Assembly (NCBI GenBank): GCA_040954595.2
Contig: JBECUI020000024.1
Location: forward strand, 372,001 to 436,000
Direction: 5' to 3'
Length of the DNA stretch: 64,000 bases
DNA from: Balanoglossus misakiensis
Lineage: Eukaryota > Animalia > Hemichordata
Part shown: positions 23,859 to 37,100 of the stretch, one piece after another
How positions within the stretch are numbered: position 1 is the first letter of the stretch
How the letters are laid out: each line of letters starts with the position of its first letter
Notes under the pieces: model-generated
What the model was told of the DNA's origin: nothing
The model's input: the letters and a program-made list of their open reading frames with translations, nothing else
Databases searched by the model: none
Made by a program: the position numbers and the translations under genes

Positions 23859-24066
23859 CTGCAAAACGTGTTATTTTCGCGAGCAGTAAATTTCTGCAAA
23901 ACATGCGCTGGTCAAAAAAACGTTAAAATAAAAAGTTGTGTAAAATGTTTTTGGAGATAATGATGCAGTTAGTGAAATACGAGAACTCGAAAATTCGTCC
24001 TCACGTAACAGTCGCCTCTTTTAATATTGCGAAAATTTCCTGTCGTGAAAACAACCCAGTTTACAG
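23859..24066. mobile_element. Related Tc1/mariner-type MITE (TA TSD)
   Basis: TA-CTGCAAAAC ... GTTTACAG-TA. Confidence 0.6.
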
Positions 24067-24135
24067 TACACACTTCCGGTTGGTATTGTAATGTGGCATA
24101 TGTAAGAATTTTTTGCATGTTGTTTTATCCATTAG

Positions 24136-24284
24136 CTCTGCTGATGCTGCAGCTGTAGTTATTGAAGATGCAGTCAACAATGGTCCTTTTGATACAGCTG
24201 AATATTCGGTCGACGCTGAGACATTACAAGTTGAAAGTACAATATTCTGTTCCAATGGTAGTGTTCTTGTTGGAGAAGAATGTG
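24136..24284 (+). CDS. Exon leading into GCC2/GCC3 repeats
   Basis: SADAAAVVIEDAV...CSNGSVLVGEEC |gtgag. Phase 2/1. Confidence 0.85.
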
Positions 24285-24321
24285 GTGAGTGCCTATACTC
24301 CTCAGTTGTTATGTACTTTAA

Positions 24322-24406
24322 CCCTTTCACTCCCAGTTTCCTCTATAGAGGTCAAACCTTACCATAGAAAACAATTGGTTTGGACTGAACCATGGTGGTG
24401 AAAGGA
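24322..24406. mobile_element. Tiny piggyBac-like MITE remnant
   Basis: TTAA-CCCTTTCAC ... GTGAAAGGA-TTAA. Confidence 0.5.
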
Positions 24407-24872
24407 TTAAAACTGTGTCCAAAATTAATATTATAAAAAGGTGTAGATGTTAATATGTTTATATCGCCTGATATGACCTGTTAGGTGGGCCGTATTGCTG
24501 CGAGTGTGGTTGTGAGTCGCAGTGTACAAATTAAAGACAAGTGTGAGTGGTAAATACAACCCAACCAAGAGGAAGGAAATAATTGATTTGATATGCTCAT
24601 ACCAAGGAGGGACAAAGTCTCTTTCTCGCTGCCCTTTTTCCATTAATTATGTTTGATAGAAGACACAGTTAATGTTATTCTACATGTGGATATATAGTGA
24701 ATCAACATTCAACCACACACAACTGCAATCCCACTTGTAGACACAAGAGTGAAAAACTGGCCAAAATGAATGCTGTGTGTTACAATTGTAGTTGTGTTTT
24801 AAACCATTAATGCATAATGATCAGTACATGAACAATGTATACATCTTCCTTCAACATTTTGTATTTCCACAG

Positions 24873-25034
24873 TATTGTGTCCTGAAGGGTCGTACCATGA
24901 CACTGAGCTGAGTCAGTGCCATCCTTGTGCAATTGGATATTATCAACCCCTTGAAGGACAAACAGCATGCAATGCCTGTCCAAATAATGGAGTCACCAGG
25001 GGAAAGAGATCATTATCCATCTTGCAGTGTTTTG
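24873..25034 (+). CDS. Exon: GCC2/GCC3 (ephrin-receptor-like) Cys repeat
   Basis: CPEGSYH...CHPCAIGYYQPLEGQTACNACP. The donor reads ttatgt. Confidence 0.85.
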
Positions 25035-25294
25035 TTATGTATAACAGAAGGCAATATCTCCTCCTCGTCCACAGCCATAGCCTAGTATCTAGCCGTATTT
25101 TGTCCGCTTTGCTTCCAAAACTAGCGTCTAGCCTCACTCATGCCACTGGCCCGATAAAACCCCATACCCCTTGACGGGAATTGTGACGTATATATCAAAT
25201 TATTGTGGTGTGATCCAATATGGAAAGAATGACAATTGGAATGTTCATCTCTTTGGTTGAAAAAATAATTTTTCAACAATGATGTCTATTGCAG

Positions 25295-25456
25295 AGAGGT
25301 GCGATGTTGGTCACTACTTTGACAACGGGACTTCTTAGTGCCAAAGCTGCCCCATTGGATTCTGGCAATCAGAAGAAGGAAAGTTTGTGTGTAATACTTG
25401 CCCAAAGGAAATGCTTACATTAGTTGAAGGAGCTACTGATGAGTCACAATGTCAGG
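25295..25456 (+). CDS. Exon: GCC2/GCC3 repeat with in-frame TAG
   Basis: ERCDVGHYFDNGTS*CQSCPIGFWQSEEGKFVCNTCP...ESQCQ. Confidence 0.8.
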
Positions 25457-25700
25457 TTAGGTACTTGTGTTATTTGCTATTCTTGACTATCAATCACATG
25501 ATCTGGCCATGTGACGTACCCATGGCGTTATCATTTGTAAGTGACAGGCAAGCAATATTTCGGCATCCAGTAAACTTTTTTCCGAGTAGGTTTTTACTTT
25601 AGAACCGCCAGATATGTAACATATTCAACAGTTTAACAAATTCACGTGAGTGAAAAGCAGATAATCGTGAATATCAAAAAATTAATCTTCTCAATTACAG

Positions 25701-25868
25701 AGGTATGTAAATCAGTGGGAGTCCAACTTAGTGTCAATGGGTCTTGTGAGTCGTGTCCCATGGGAACCTATCGATCAAATGCTGAACTTCAGCCATCTTG
25801 TATGCCGTGCCCATTTGGCTTCACCACAAGAGCAGTCGGTTCAACCTTAAGTGAAGATTGTAATGTTT
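25701..25868 (+). CDS. Exon: GCC2/GCC3 repeat
   Basis: CESCPMGTYRS...CMPCPFGFTT...EDC |gtaagt. Confidence 0.85.
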
Positions 25869-26005
25869 GTAAGTATTATGTATACAACTTTTCATGTTGT
25901 ATCTCAACTGTACTGAACTGAAGGTTGTATTATTGTGCCTCAGTTGTTCAGAATAATGATAGTCCTCCAATTTTATTCTATGCTCTTTTTCCATTCCATC
26001 AACAG

Positions 26006-26167
26006 CTTACTGCAATGTTGGTTGGTACTTGAATCAGGAGTCCTATAGATGTGAGAAATGCCCTGTTGGAACATATAACTTTGAATTCAACCAGGATGCT
26101 TGTCAACCATGCCCAACTGGCTACACTACAGGCAGAGAGGGTGCCCTATATGAAACAGAATGTGATG
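26006..26167 (+). CDS. Exon: GCC2/GCC3 repeat
   Basis: YCNVGWYLNQESYRCEKCPVGTYNFEFNQDACQPCPTGYTT...ECD |gtagg. Confidence 0.85.
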
Positions 26168-26472
26168 GTAGGAATAATTTTTCATAATCATAGAACTGAT
26201 AACATGCATGAAGTGCTTGTGGTGATCAACCTTAACTGTTCAATCTGACACAAACACTTCATTATAAGAAATTTTCTTCTTTATTTAGAGTATCATTTGA
26301 TATGTTGTGTGATCCAACATTTTTATATAATTTAATAATGCTCCTCTTTTAACACCTTTTCTGAAAATTTCACGGAAATAACAATATTGTAATACTGTTT
26401 TCTCAGAATTCTACATGTTAGGCTATGGAATGTGATAACCATGCACTGCATCTGGGTAGTCATCTAACTTAA

Positions 26473-26655
26473 AGGTATACAGTCACCTCCAATTTACAAA
26501 CGCCCATATATGGCTGAAATGGAGTATATGAGAGTTCTAAAGAACATATGGTGGCGCTCTTTTTTGCATGTGCCACCCACTGAAAATCTGTGATTGGCTA
26601 GATCTCCTTTTGCCATGGTAACTATAGCTAATTTTCCATAGGTGACCGTATACCT
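26473..26655. mobile_element. Kolobok-like MITE (TTAA TSD)
   Basis: TTAA-AGGTATACAGTCACCT ... AGGTGACCGTATACCT-TTAA. Confidence 0.75.
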
Positions 26656-26735
26656 TTAACTGGTGATATGTATGAAGATCCCATAGTTTTATTTGGTGGT
26701 CAGTTAAAGACATTGCAAGAATTTTTGTTTTCTAG

Positions 26736-26858
26736 ATGCACATGAATGTCGTCTTGGTCTGGATGACTGTCACCCAAATGCCACTTGCAGGAATCTTGTA
26801 CCAGGATATGAATGCACTTGCAAAACTGGTTTCACTGGTGATGGAATAACTTGTACAG
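26736..26858 (+). CDS. Exon: calcium-binding-type EGF domain
   Basis: DAHECRLGLDDCHPNATCRNLVPGYECTCKTGFTGDGITCT. Confidence 0.9.
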
Positions 26859-27152
26859 GTATGTAACTATCTACAACTGAAATGTCAACAAAAATATGTA
26901 CAGCTAAAACGTAGACACTACTGTTGATTTAGTATAGCTGTTGCTGCCCTTTTTTCCATTAATTATGTTTGATACAAGACACTGTTTATGTTATTCACCC
27001 GGTACATGTGGATATATAGTGAATCAATGTTCGACAGCACACAACTTCCATTCCGTTTGTAAGAAATGAATCTGCAAGTGGGTTTAGTTCTTGTCTAATA
27101 CAAATGGTTCGTCAGGTAGAATAATGTGATGTGATTTTATTCTTGTGTCTAG

Positions 27153-27281
27153 ATAAATGTGAAGGGTTCTGCTCAAACAATGCTGTTTGCATCAAGGACA
27201 GTGATGGCAATCCTGTTTGTGAATGTACTGATGAATATCAAGGTGAAACTTGCCGCCAGAGAATACCAATGCAAGTTAAAG
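27153..27281 (+). CDS. Exon: EGF domain
   Basis: DKCEGFCSNNAVC...PVCECTDEYQGETC. Confidence 0.88.
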
Positions 27282-27548
27282 GTGTGTATACATTTCTTTG
27301 TCTTTTAATAACTCAAGATTGAAAAACAATATTCACTAAAGTTTACACATTTGTTTGATCTACATGATTACAGTTTACGTTGTCTTGAAAATATTTGTGA
27401 AAATGGTGAAACTGCAACATCTGCAGTATAACTAGATTTTTGGTCAACTAACCATTTTACAATAGTTAAGCATCATAATGAATGGTTTTCTTGCTTTTAT
27501 CGTAGCATATCGCCCCCGTGACAAATAGAAATATTTAAACTCTTACAG

Positions 27549-27645
27549 ATTCCTCCGTTGACACAGCTGTCATCATTGGTGGTGTTGCGGGAGGTTTAGC
27601 GGCTGTGTTAGTGCTTGGTGTAATAATGTTACTCATGTACCAACG
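27549..27645 (+). CDS. Exon: transmembrane helix
   Basis: AVIIGGVAGGLAAVLVLGVIMLLMYQR |gtaag. Confidence 0.88.
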
Positions 27646-27997
27646 GTAAGTTATTTAGTACTACCAGAGTAGAATCGAGACAGCTGTAGACATGTTGCCC
27701 ATCAGAAAACTGGGAATTTACCTGTATCTTTCCATACATGCATGAGGCAACGTGAAAAATAATCACATCTGTATCGTGGAAGCAAATTTATTCAAAGAGT
27801 TCATGCATAGACCTATTAGCGTATAGGGTAACTGCAGTGCATCATGGTATAATTTGCGTTCAACATGCATGGCGGCTAACAAGGCAAAGTCACGCGACCA
27901 GACCGCAAAGTGTCCAACAACCACCTGCGTTATTCTACAGTAGTAACAACATCACAACAAATCCCACATTGATGATGTTCAACTATTTGACATTCAG

Positions 27998-28262
27998 GTG
28001 TGCTCTTGGAGGAAAGAAACATCCAGGCTGGGAAGAACAAGAGGCAACTATGGATATCCATTGGTTTGATGATACAGATGATGTTGATAGCAAGGCAGGG
28101 AAAAGTGTGGAAGATGAGGAAGCCTTCAGAGAAATCTATCACTACAATCCCATGTATAGTGGCGACAGTGGTAGTGCCAGTGGAAGTGAGGAATGGAGAC
28201 CAAGGCCTCTTAAGAGTAGAAATGAACTATTTCATGAGAGTCACGGAGACAGATACTTCTAA
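27998..28262 (+). CDS. Last exon: acidic cytoplasmic tail with YNPMY (NPxY)
   Basis: Acceptor ttcag| in matching phase 2. Ends at TAA 28260-28262. Confidence 0.8.
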
Positions 28263-29900
28263 TGTGCCATCTCTGTGTGTACATGTATGGTATAATTCAA
28301 ATGATAACTAGAATGGTTTCATTTTGTGAGTTGACACAGTACTGTGATAAGCTTGGTATAATCCCATAAATGATAACAATAATAGTTATGCTTTGTCAGA
28401 CGACAGTACTGTGATAAGCGCACATTAAATTGGTTGGAGTGAAACAGATCTTTATTATTACACTCTTAGCAACATCTGAATGAAATGATCATAAATAATC
28501 ATCTTTAAAGTATGTTGGTTATAAGGCTATATATTTTACATATTTTAAAGAATTTTCCTTAAAAATTTGTTATGACTTATTATAAGGTATTGTGTAATGA
28601 AAAAGATATGATAATACGAGAATTCCTAAACAACAACATATTTTTGTTGAATTTGGAGGACAAATTTAACTGTGTACCAATTCAGCTCTCCCTTTGCATG
28701 CTGACTTGCTTCTGTATTCATACAAGGCAGCATTTATCCTTAACTTGATCAGGTAGAAGGTCTTTTCATCCAAATGCATAGATTATGAATTATTTCTCTC
28801 AATATATTCAGTGACTACCTCCCGATGATATATATCCTCCTGAATTAGTGCTTAAAATTTTGATATTTTTCTTGATATTTTTCTTTAATTTGACTTCAAC
28901 CGTCACCATTCTCCAAGACTGTAAAAGAAGGGAGATGATGATTAACTATTATCAATTTTTTTGCCCCTTGTACTGTCTTTACAACTGGCCGTATAAATCT
29001 GATATTTGTTTGGCATGCGAATTTTGGAATATGGATGTGTATGATCACAATTATAAGATCCTCAAAATAAAAGATCCTATCATTTCATTTGGTTAATAAC
29101 CAGTTCATAGGTGAATGGAAATATAGTTATTCACTTTGAGACCTGACATGTATATATAATAATTCAAAGTATTTATTCGCATATTTTTATATTATTCATG
29201 GTGTTATAGATCAATGGAAATTTTTCAAATTAAATTCATGTATATAAAATGTAGCAATGTAATGTCATATGTGAAACCCTTAATCTTGATATTGTAATTC
29301 ATTGTAGAATATGATTATATTGTGTTATTCACTCAACTTGTGCATGTATGTTTAAGATTCATGCAAAATTACTTTTTTATACAAACTGTTCCTTTTTGTG
29401 TTGTTCGGAGGTGACAACTCATCAACAATGAAATAAGTTTGGGAAATTTTTGAACAAAGTCATGAAGTGGAAGTACTATAAATAAGTTTAATATCTGTTT
29501 GAGTTGTCCTGCCAGAAGTCAACATTTTTAGCTTATACAAATACTGGTGCAACTACAGAACAGTTGAAGAATTTCATCATTATATTTAAGTTTTAATTAC
29601 AAGTATATCAATTGTACCTTTTCCTTATATTAAAGCATATTTTTATTATAATATTTAACTGAGTTCTTTGTCTACTTTTTTAAACTGACAATTTGTCAGT
29701 CATTACCATAACCCTGGAGTGTATTTCACTGTGTCCAGAGATTCTTCTGTAGTTGTTATAATAAGACATCAAACCAGGTCCAATAATCAATATTACTAAA
29801 GCTAAGCTAATTACCAGGTCCAGGTTCAAAAAAGAAATAAGAGAAAAAACTTACAATTTCAACAGGATCATCTTGAACCACTGCTAAGTGGTAGTACTCG

Positions 29901-30350
29901 CACAGGGGGGCTGCAAACATGAAAGTTATAAATGGCGGAGTTCCTGCATTTTCCCCCAATAAACATTAATTGATGAACAGTCTTTGCGCTTGTTTATTTT
30001 TCTGTGTTACCTCCACCTGTCTTAGCAGTTGCTAATCCAGAATACAAACTATTGCATTTCCCATTAAGCACCTGCTAACGACTTAATCTGTGTGCCCCAT
30101 CCACGGATTTAGTGGATTAAGTAAACATCGGTCAGTTCTCACTTGGTAAGAGAATACCCAGTACTCGCTGACCGATGTTTACTTTATTAACTTAATCCGT
30201 GGATGGGGCACACAGATTAAGTCGTTAGCAGGTGATTAATGGGAAATGGATAGCTTTTATTCTGGATTAGCAAATGATAAGACAGGTTGGGAAAACGCAG
30301 AATGGAACGTACTTCGCCATTTATAACTTTCATGTTTGCAGCCCCCTGTG
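29901..30350. mobile_element. Palindromic foldback MITE (~450 bp)
   Basis: cacaggggg(g)ctgcaaacatgaaagttataaatggcg pairs with its reverse complement at the other end. The arms pair nearly to the centre at ~30150. Confidence 0.85.
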
Positions 30351-32984
30351 GTACTAGGTGTCGGAAATGGGTAAGCACACCCTTCCAGCATGCTACACCC
30401 GTTAAGACTGACCCAAAGAGACAGATTTAAGTTGAATTTGACTTAACTAACAAATTACTGTTGCAAGTCAAATCCATATTTTGACTTTATCTCTGACTGA
30501 GCGCAGCGTTGTCTGAGAGACACTCCACGTCTTCCTCTTCACAAGCAGCCCACTTGAAGTTTCAGCAACATCCATAATAGTCCTAAAGTTGAGGTGCCAG
30601 TTAAAATTAGGTTTTTGGACCAAACTGGAATAGCTGCCGAAGTTTGGTATTTCAAATGATTGTCAGGTCACCTGTTTATTATATGACTGTGAGGTTTCTA
30701 ACAAAAGGGAGATGACATACAATCACAAGTGTAAATCTAATATTGAACATTACTTAAAGGGACAAATTGTTCAAATCCTCTTTTGAGCTTATTTGATCAA
30801 TTTTGTTTGATATGAAATGTGCCTATTATGCTGTTTGACTTCTTTAAACATGCTTAAATACTGGCCAATAAATAACTCCACTATGTTTGAAATTAAACCA
30901 GATAGTACAATAATACATTCCAAATGTCATCTGTGATAACATCATGCTTTGGACTTTTTTACTTTATATATTACATAACATGTTACGGAGGGGGGGGGGA
31001 GAGGTGAGAAAAGGAATGTGAGAAAGGAGAAGAAAAGCAAGAGGGCGGAAATGAGAATGTCAGGATGGAAAGGGAATGAGGGGAGGACTTTGACAGAAGG
31101 GGAGGGGAGAGACCGAATAAGTGAAGGTGAGAGAGGAAGTGGTTAGACAGGAAGAAAGGGAAATTAAAGCTCAATCACCACCACCACCACCACCACAATC
31201 ATCATCATCACCATCATTGCCATCATCATTCTGGAGGCATCGTGGCCTGTATTTGCCCATGGGCATCATGGGCCAAAAAAACTGATTCAGTGTAAATGTG
31301 CATAAACCACACTTTTGTACGAACTCCTGTAACCGGTGACGCAAGTCGTGAGTGGATTTGTGGGCATGTCGCGACCTTTTCTGTGAACGTGATGCAGAGT
31401 GATATATTGATGACCCCCCAGCCACCCCCACACCCTTTGGTAACACACTTCTTAAACTTTCTTTACATAGAATGGACTTCTCAAACCTTCCTTACCAAAG
31501 TTCTGATTAAAGATATCTATCTTCTAGGGTACTACCAACAGCGTTTCACGTGACTGTAGACAAGCATCAAGTACCTGTACACAGACAAGGGCGTGCGCGC
31601 GTCCACAATAATTTAAAACGAATGTTTCCACCGCCGTGTGTTTTATGCACATAAACACTGAATCAGCTTTAATATTGTCCCATGATGCCCCGTGAGTTGT
31701 CAGAGTACCAAACTGACAATGCTGGAGAAAAAATGAAGTGTTGACATGCATGTTGTTGAGGGGTTTCACAATGCATGTTACGGACGCTGGTTTCTCTTAG
31801 CAATAGAGTAGAGGCGTAAGGATGGGTTGATCTTGTGATTAAGAATTTTGGCAAAGAAACAGAAATTGTGTCATTTAGTTTTGTATTAAACCCTATTCGC
31901 GTATTTTGTGTTAAAGCACGAAATACTGCAATAATGAGATACGGTAGTATTTAACACATATAATATATGATATAATATAGCTTTATCAATCCCAGTGAAT
32001 TTTGTGACGTCATTGCTGTACATTTTTGTATCTTTTATTTAAAACGCACAATGTTACATCAACAAATCAAAAGAAGAAACGAACTGAAAACTCACATCAT
32101 AGCTTCAAAATTTATTACACTTTCTGGATGGTTGCATGATTCCTAAGGCTTGTATACCTTCAACCTCAATGTCACGCGGGAGGATTGGTGTTGGGAATGT
32201 AACGGGGAATTAAACTCTATCGATGGGGATAACTCGCTTGGCTAATACTGAGAGGTACCTATATGGAATCGTGCTGACGTCCAGATACATCGACACGAAC
32301 ACTGGGTATTTATGGTAGCAACTGAGAATATAAGAATTTAATGAAATAAACCTACTCGACCACTTGCGTTCTGAGGACAAGAAGGACACAAATAGTCCGC
32401 CATCCAAAAGACCGTTCCAGCATTTTATTTTTACCCGCCAAAAGACGCGGAGATATATTTTTAGATGAATGATCCATGCATACTCTGATTGCATAGTACT
32501 TGTCTTCCTTGTGTTCCTTAAAACAATGAATGTATTGTATTTTCTTTTCTTTTCATCAGGAATGCGATAACTTTCTTAACACTTCAAAAGTTTCTTTACT
32601 CTTCAATCACTTCTGTCTCAAGTTTAACTTTTACTTCCAAATCTCAGGTCACAAACTCTATAGACTGCTAAACAATTTTCTTCCTAGTGTTGTATGCGCC
32701 ACTTGTGAATTTTTGCGAGTGAGATTCACGGGCGTTTGAGCACAAGTTATACAAAATATGTTTATCGCCATTAGAAAAACGTTCGCGTAGAATCAATGAC
32801 GTCATGGTAAATTTTAGCTGCATGCTCCAATAGGGATGATAGGGAGACTACTTGTTGTAGAGCACCTGAAAATGTACGTATTTCGTCACTTCCTTTTCGC
32901 GAAATTTAATTCTTAACGGCATCTTAGTTTTAAGATTTGTGATTCCTTTTTTCTTCAGTTGTACATTTGCATCCTGGGATACTT

Positions 32985-33265
32985 CTTTGTAGACTATCGA
33001 ACCTTGGCATCTCAGACACAGTACTAACATGGTTTACATCTTACCTTCAATATAGATATCAAACTGTAATCATCGAAAACACTGCAAGTTCACAGTCACC
33101 TCTCGTATACGGGGTGCCACTGCCCCTCTGTTGTTCACCATTTATATAGCCCCACTTTATAGTAAACCGATTCGTCCCCACATCCTACAATTTCATCAGT
33201 ACGCCGATGATAACCAGCGATACCTCGCCTTTTCCCATCAAGATTCAACCTCTGACGTTCCTGTC
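32985..33265 (+). mobile_element. Decayed LINE reverse-transcriptase fragment
   Basis: LGISDTVLTWFTSYL..R.QTV...GVP and, after frameshifts, HQYADDNQ. Confidence 0.75.
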
Positions 33266-33302
33266 TTCTAAGGATTGTTGAACTTTAATTCATGCAGTTT
33301 GT

Positions 33303-34139
33303 TGTTACGGCCGGTCGTCCTCCGGACGTTTACCTCATCGGCTTCTGTGGGGAATCAGCCACGTCCGAAAGCTGACGGCGTACATTCTCTCCATCTCCTT
33401 CTCCACCCAACATATTCATAAAGTCCGAGAGAGGTACCCGGCAGATCGTAAACCTTTCGTAGACAGAGACTTGCAAGAAGTTTTCCGAGTAACACAAAGT
33501 TCTGGTTTATTACTGGTCACACGTAAGAATTACACGACTCGATCCATGCTCGTTGACTCCCATCACGGATCTCCGGTGATAAATGTGTGATCTCAAATTT
33601 CACCACACCTTATTAATACGTTAGTCAAGTATTAAGTCATAAAAGGAACACGTCATCTTGATATTTCTTAAACATGAACTTAGCGCGTGATATCTCTATC
33701 TCGTTCTGACATGTATCAATTACACAATCTTGTTTACTCTGGGTCAAGTACCAATGTCAATACTGGACTAAAACCATATAAGTGAATGACTTCTTACGTA
33801 ATCATAAACAAGATCTATGATCGTTAAAACTCAATCGTGACACTTGTATTACCGCTGGTTTCTCATGATTGTTCATGCATCGGGGAATCTGTAGCGATGA
33901 GGTAACGGGCTCTGACGAGAACCGTGATCCACGGAGAAACGTATCTGATTTACGTTCATTTATTGTCCGGAATTATTATAGTACATCAAATACGCCCAGT
34001 AAAGTACATGAGGAAGGGAACGAGCTCAGTAGCCTGAGGTACTCCCATCTCCCGTTATATTATTCTCCCCTAACTTTGGAAACAAAGTTCTCTTATAATT
34101 ACTTTTCTCAAGGCGTGGTTAACCATGTAAAATATCACA
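33303..34139 (-). mobile_element. Probable solo LTR
   Basis: TGT...ACA termini, ~837 bp, AATAAA on the minus strand at ~33506-33511 and distinct composition. No TSD found. Confidence 0.45.
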
Positions 34140-34148
34140 AATACATGT

Positions 34149-37100
34149 AGTGGCCAGTGTCGTGCCCATTAATTTTGAGTGTTTGGTGGGGTCAACCTTT
34201 GCGTTAACATTGATTAACCAGGCCATGCAGAGCTAGTGGCCAGTGTCGTGCCCATTAATTTTGAGTGTTTGGTGGGGTCAACCTTTGCGTCAACATTGAT
34301 TAACCAGGCCATGCAGAGCTAGTGGCCAGTGTCGTGGCCATTAATTTTTAGTGTTTGGTGGGGTCAACCTTTGCGTCAACATTGATTAACCAGGCCATGC
34401 AGAGCTAGTGGCCAGTGTCGTGCCCATTAATTTTGAGTGTTTGGTGGGGTCAACCTTTGCGTCAACATTGATTAACCATGCCATGCAGAGCTAGTAGCCA
34501 GTGTCGTGCCCATTAATTTTGAGTGTTTGGTGGGGTCAACCTTTGCGTCAACATTGATTAACCAGGCCATGCAGAGCTAGTGGCCAGTGTCGTGCCCATT
34601 AATTTTGAGTGTTTGGTGGGGTCAACCTTTGCGTCAACATTGATTAACCAGGCCATGCAGAGCTAGTGGCCAGTGTCGTGCCCATTAATTTTGAGTGTTT
34701 GGTGGGGTCAACCTTTGCGTCAACATTGATAAACCAGGCCATGCAGAGCTAGTGGCCAGTGTCGTTCCCATTAATTTTGAGTGTTTGGTGGGGTCAACCT
34801 TTGCTTCAACATTGATTAACCAGGCCAGAGCTTAGTGGCCAGTGTCGCGCCCATTAATTTTGAGTGTTTGGTGGGGTCAACCCTTGCGTCAACCTTGATT
34901 AGCCAGGCCAGAGCTAGTGGCCAGTGTCGTGCCCATCAATTATGAGTGTTTGGTGGGGTCAACCCTTGCGTCAACATTGATTAGCCAGGCCAGAGCTTAG
35001 TGGCCAGTGTCGCGCCCATTAATTTTGAGTGTTTGGTGGGGTCAACCCTTGCGTCAACCTTGATTAGCCAGGCCAGAGCTAGTGGCCAGTGTCGTGCCCA
35101 TCAATTATGAGTGTTTGGTGGGGTCAACCCTTGCGTCAACATTGATTAGCCAGGCCAGAGCTTAGTGGCCAGTGTCGTGCCCACAAATTTTGAGTGTTTG
35201 GTGGGGTCAACCCTTGCGTCAACATTGATTAGCCAGGCCAGAGCTAGTGGCCAGTGTCGCGCCCATCAATTTTGAGTGTTTGGTGGGGTCAACCCTTGCG
35301 TCAACATTGATTAGCCAGGCCAGAGCTAGTGGCCAGTGTCGTGCCCATCAATTTTGAGTGTTTGGTGGGGTCAACCCTTGTGTCAACATTGATTAGCCAG
35401 GCCAGAGCTAGTGGCCAGTGTCGTGCCCATCAATTTTGAGTGTTTGGTGGGGTCAACCCTTGCGTCAACATTGATTAGCCAGGCCAGAGCTAGTGGCCAG
35501 TGCCGTGCCCATCAATTTTGAGTGTTTGGTGGGGTCAACCCTTGCGTCAACCTTGATTAGCCAGGCCAGAGCTAGTGGCCAGTGTCGTGCCCATTAATTT
35601 TGAGTGTTTGGTGGGGTCAACCTTTGCGTCAACATTGATTAACCAGGCCATGCAGAGCTAGTGGCCAGTGTCGTTCCCATTAATTTTGAGTGTTTGGTGG
35701 GGTCAACCTTTGCGTCAACATTGATTAACCATGCCATGCAGAACTAGTAGCCAGTGTCGTGCCCATTAATTTTGAGTGTTTGGTGGGGTCAACCTTTGCG
35801 TCAACATTGATTAACCAGGCCATGCAGAGCTAGTGGCCAGTGTCGTGCCCATTAATTTTGAGTGTTTGGTGGGGTCAACCTTTGCGTCAACATTGATTAA
35901 CCAGGCCATGCAGAGCTAGTGGCCAGTGTCGTGCCCATTAATTTTGAGTGTTTGGTGGGGTCAACCTTTGCGTCAACATTGATAAACCAGGCCATGCAGA
36001 GCTAGTGGCCAGTGTCGTTCCCATTAATTTTGAGTGTTTGGTGGGGTCAACCTTTGCTTCAACATTGATTAACCAGGCCAGAGCTTAGTGGCCAGTGTCG
36101 CGCCCATTAATTTTGAGTGTTTGGTGGGGTCAACCCTTGCGTCAACCTTGATTAGCCAGGCCAGAGCTAGTGGCCAGTGTCGTGCCCATCAATTATGAGT
36201 GTATGGTGGGGTCAACCCTTGCGTCAACATTGATTAGCCAGGCCAGAGCTTAGTGGCCAGTGTCGCGCCCATTAATTTTGAGTGTTTGGTGGGGTTAACC
36301 CTTGCGTCAACCTTGATTAGCCACGGCAGAGCTAGTGGCCAGTGTCGTGCCCACAAATTTTGAGTGTTTGGTGGGGTCAACCCTTGCGTCAACATTGATT
36401 AGCCAGGCCAGAGCTAGTGGCCAGTGTCGCGCCCATCAATTTTGAGTGTTTGGTGGGGTCAACCCTTGCGTCAACATTGATTAGCCAGGCCAGAGCTAGT
36501 GGCCAGTGTCGTGCCCATCAATTTTGAGTGTTTGGTGGGGTCAACCCTTGCGTCAACATTGATTAGCCAGGCCAGAGCTAGTGGCCAGTGTCGTGCCCAT
36601 CAATTTTGAGTGTTTGGTGGGGTCAACCCTTGCGTCAACATTGATTAGCCAGGCCAGAGCTAGTGGCCAGTGCCGTGCCCATCAATTTTGAGTGTTTGGT
36701 GGGGTCAACCCTTGCGTCAACCTTGATTAGCCAGGCCAGAGCTAGTGGCCAGTGTCGTGCCCATTAATTTTGAGTGTTTGGTGGGGTCAACCTTTGCGTC
36801 AACATTGATTAACCAGGCCATGCAGAGCTAGTGGCCAGTGTCGTTCCCATTAATTTTGAGTGTTTGGTGGGGTCAACCTTTGCTTCAATATTGATTAACC
36901 AGGCCAGAGCTTAGTGGCCAGTGTCGTGCCCATCAATTTTGAGTGTTTGGTGGGGTCAACCCTTGCGTCAACCTTGATTAGCCAGGCCAGAGCTAGTGGC
37001 CAGTGTCGTGCCCATCAATTTTGAGTGTTTGGTGGGGTCAACCCTTGCGTCAACATTGATTAGCCAGGCCAGAGCTTAGTGGCCAGTGTTGCGCCCATTA

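Larger units (their letters stand above)
19755..28262 (+). pseudogene. 5'-truncated SVEP1-like multidomain type I membrane protein gene (pentraxin end, HYR, sushi-like, RRKR furin site, GCC2/GCC3 repeats, 2 EGF, TM, NPxY)
   Basis: 14 exons with mostly matching splice phases. Lesions: TAG at 25336-25338, acceptor AT at 22709-22710, TT donors at 25035 and 25457. No upstream exons are seen in the window. Confidence 0.8.

Noticed and set aside
25336-25338. Programmed readthrough or selenocysteine at the in-frame stop
   Set aside because: The codon is TAG, not TGA, and independent splice lesions point to pseudogenisation.
30988-31230. GA-rich tract and (CAC/CAT)n ORFs
   Set aside because: Low-complexity sequence only.
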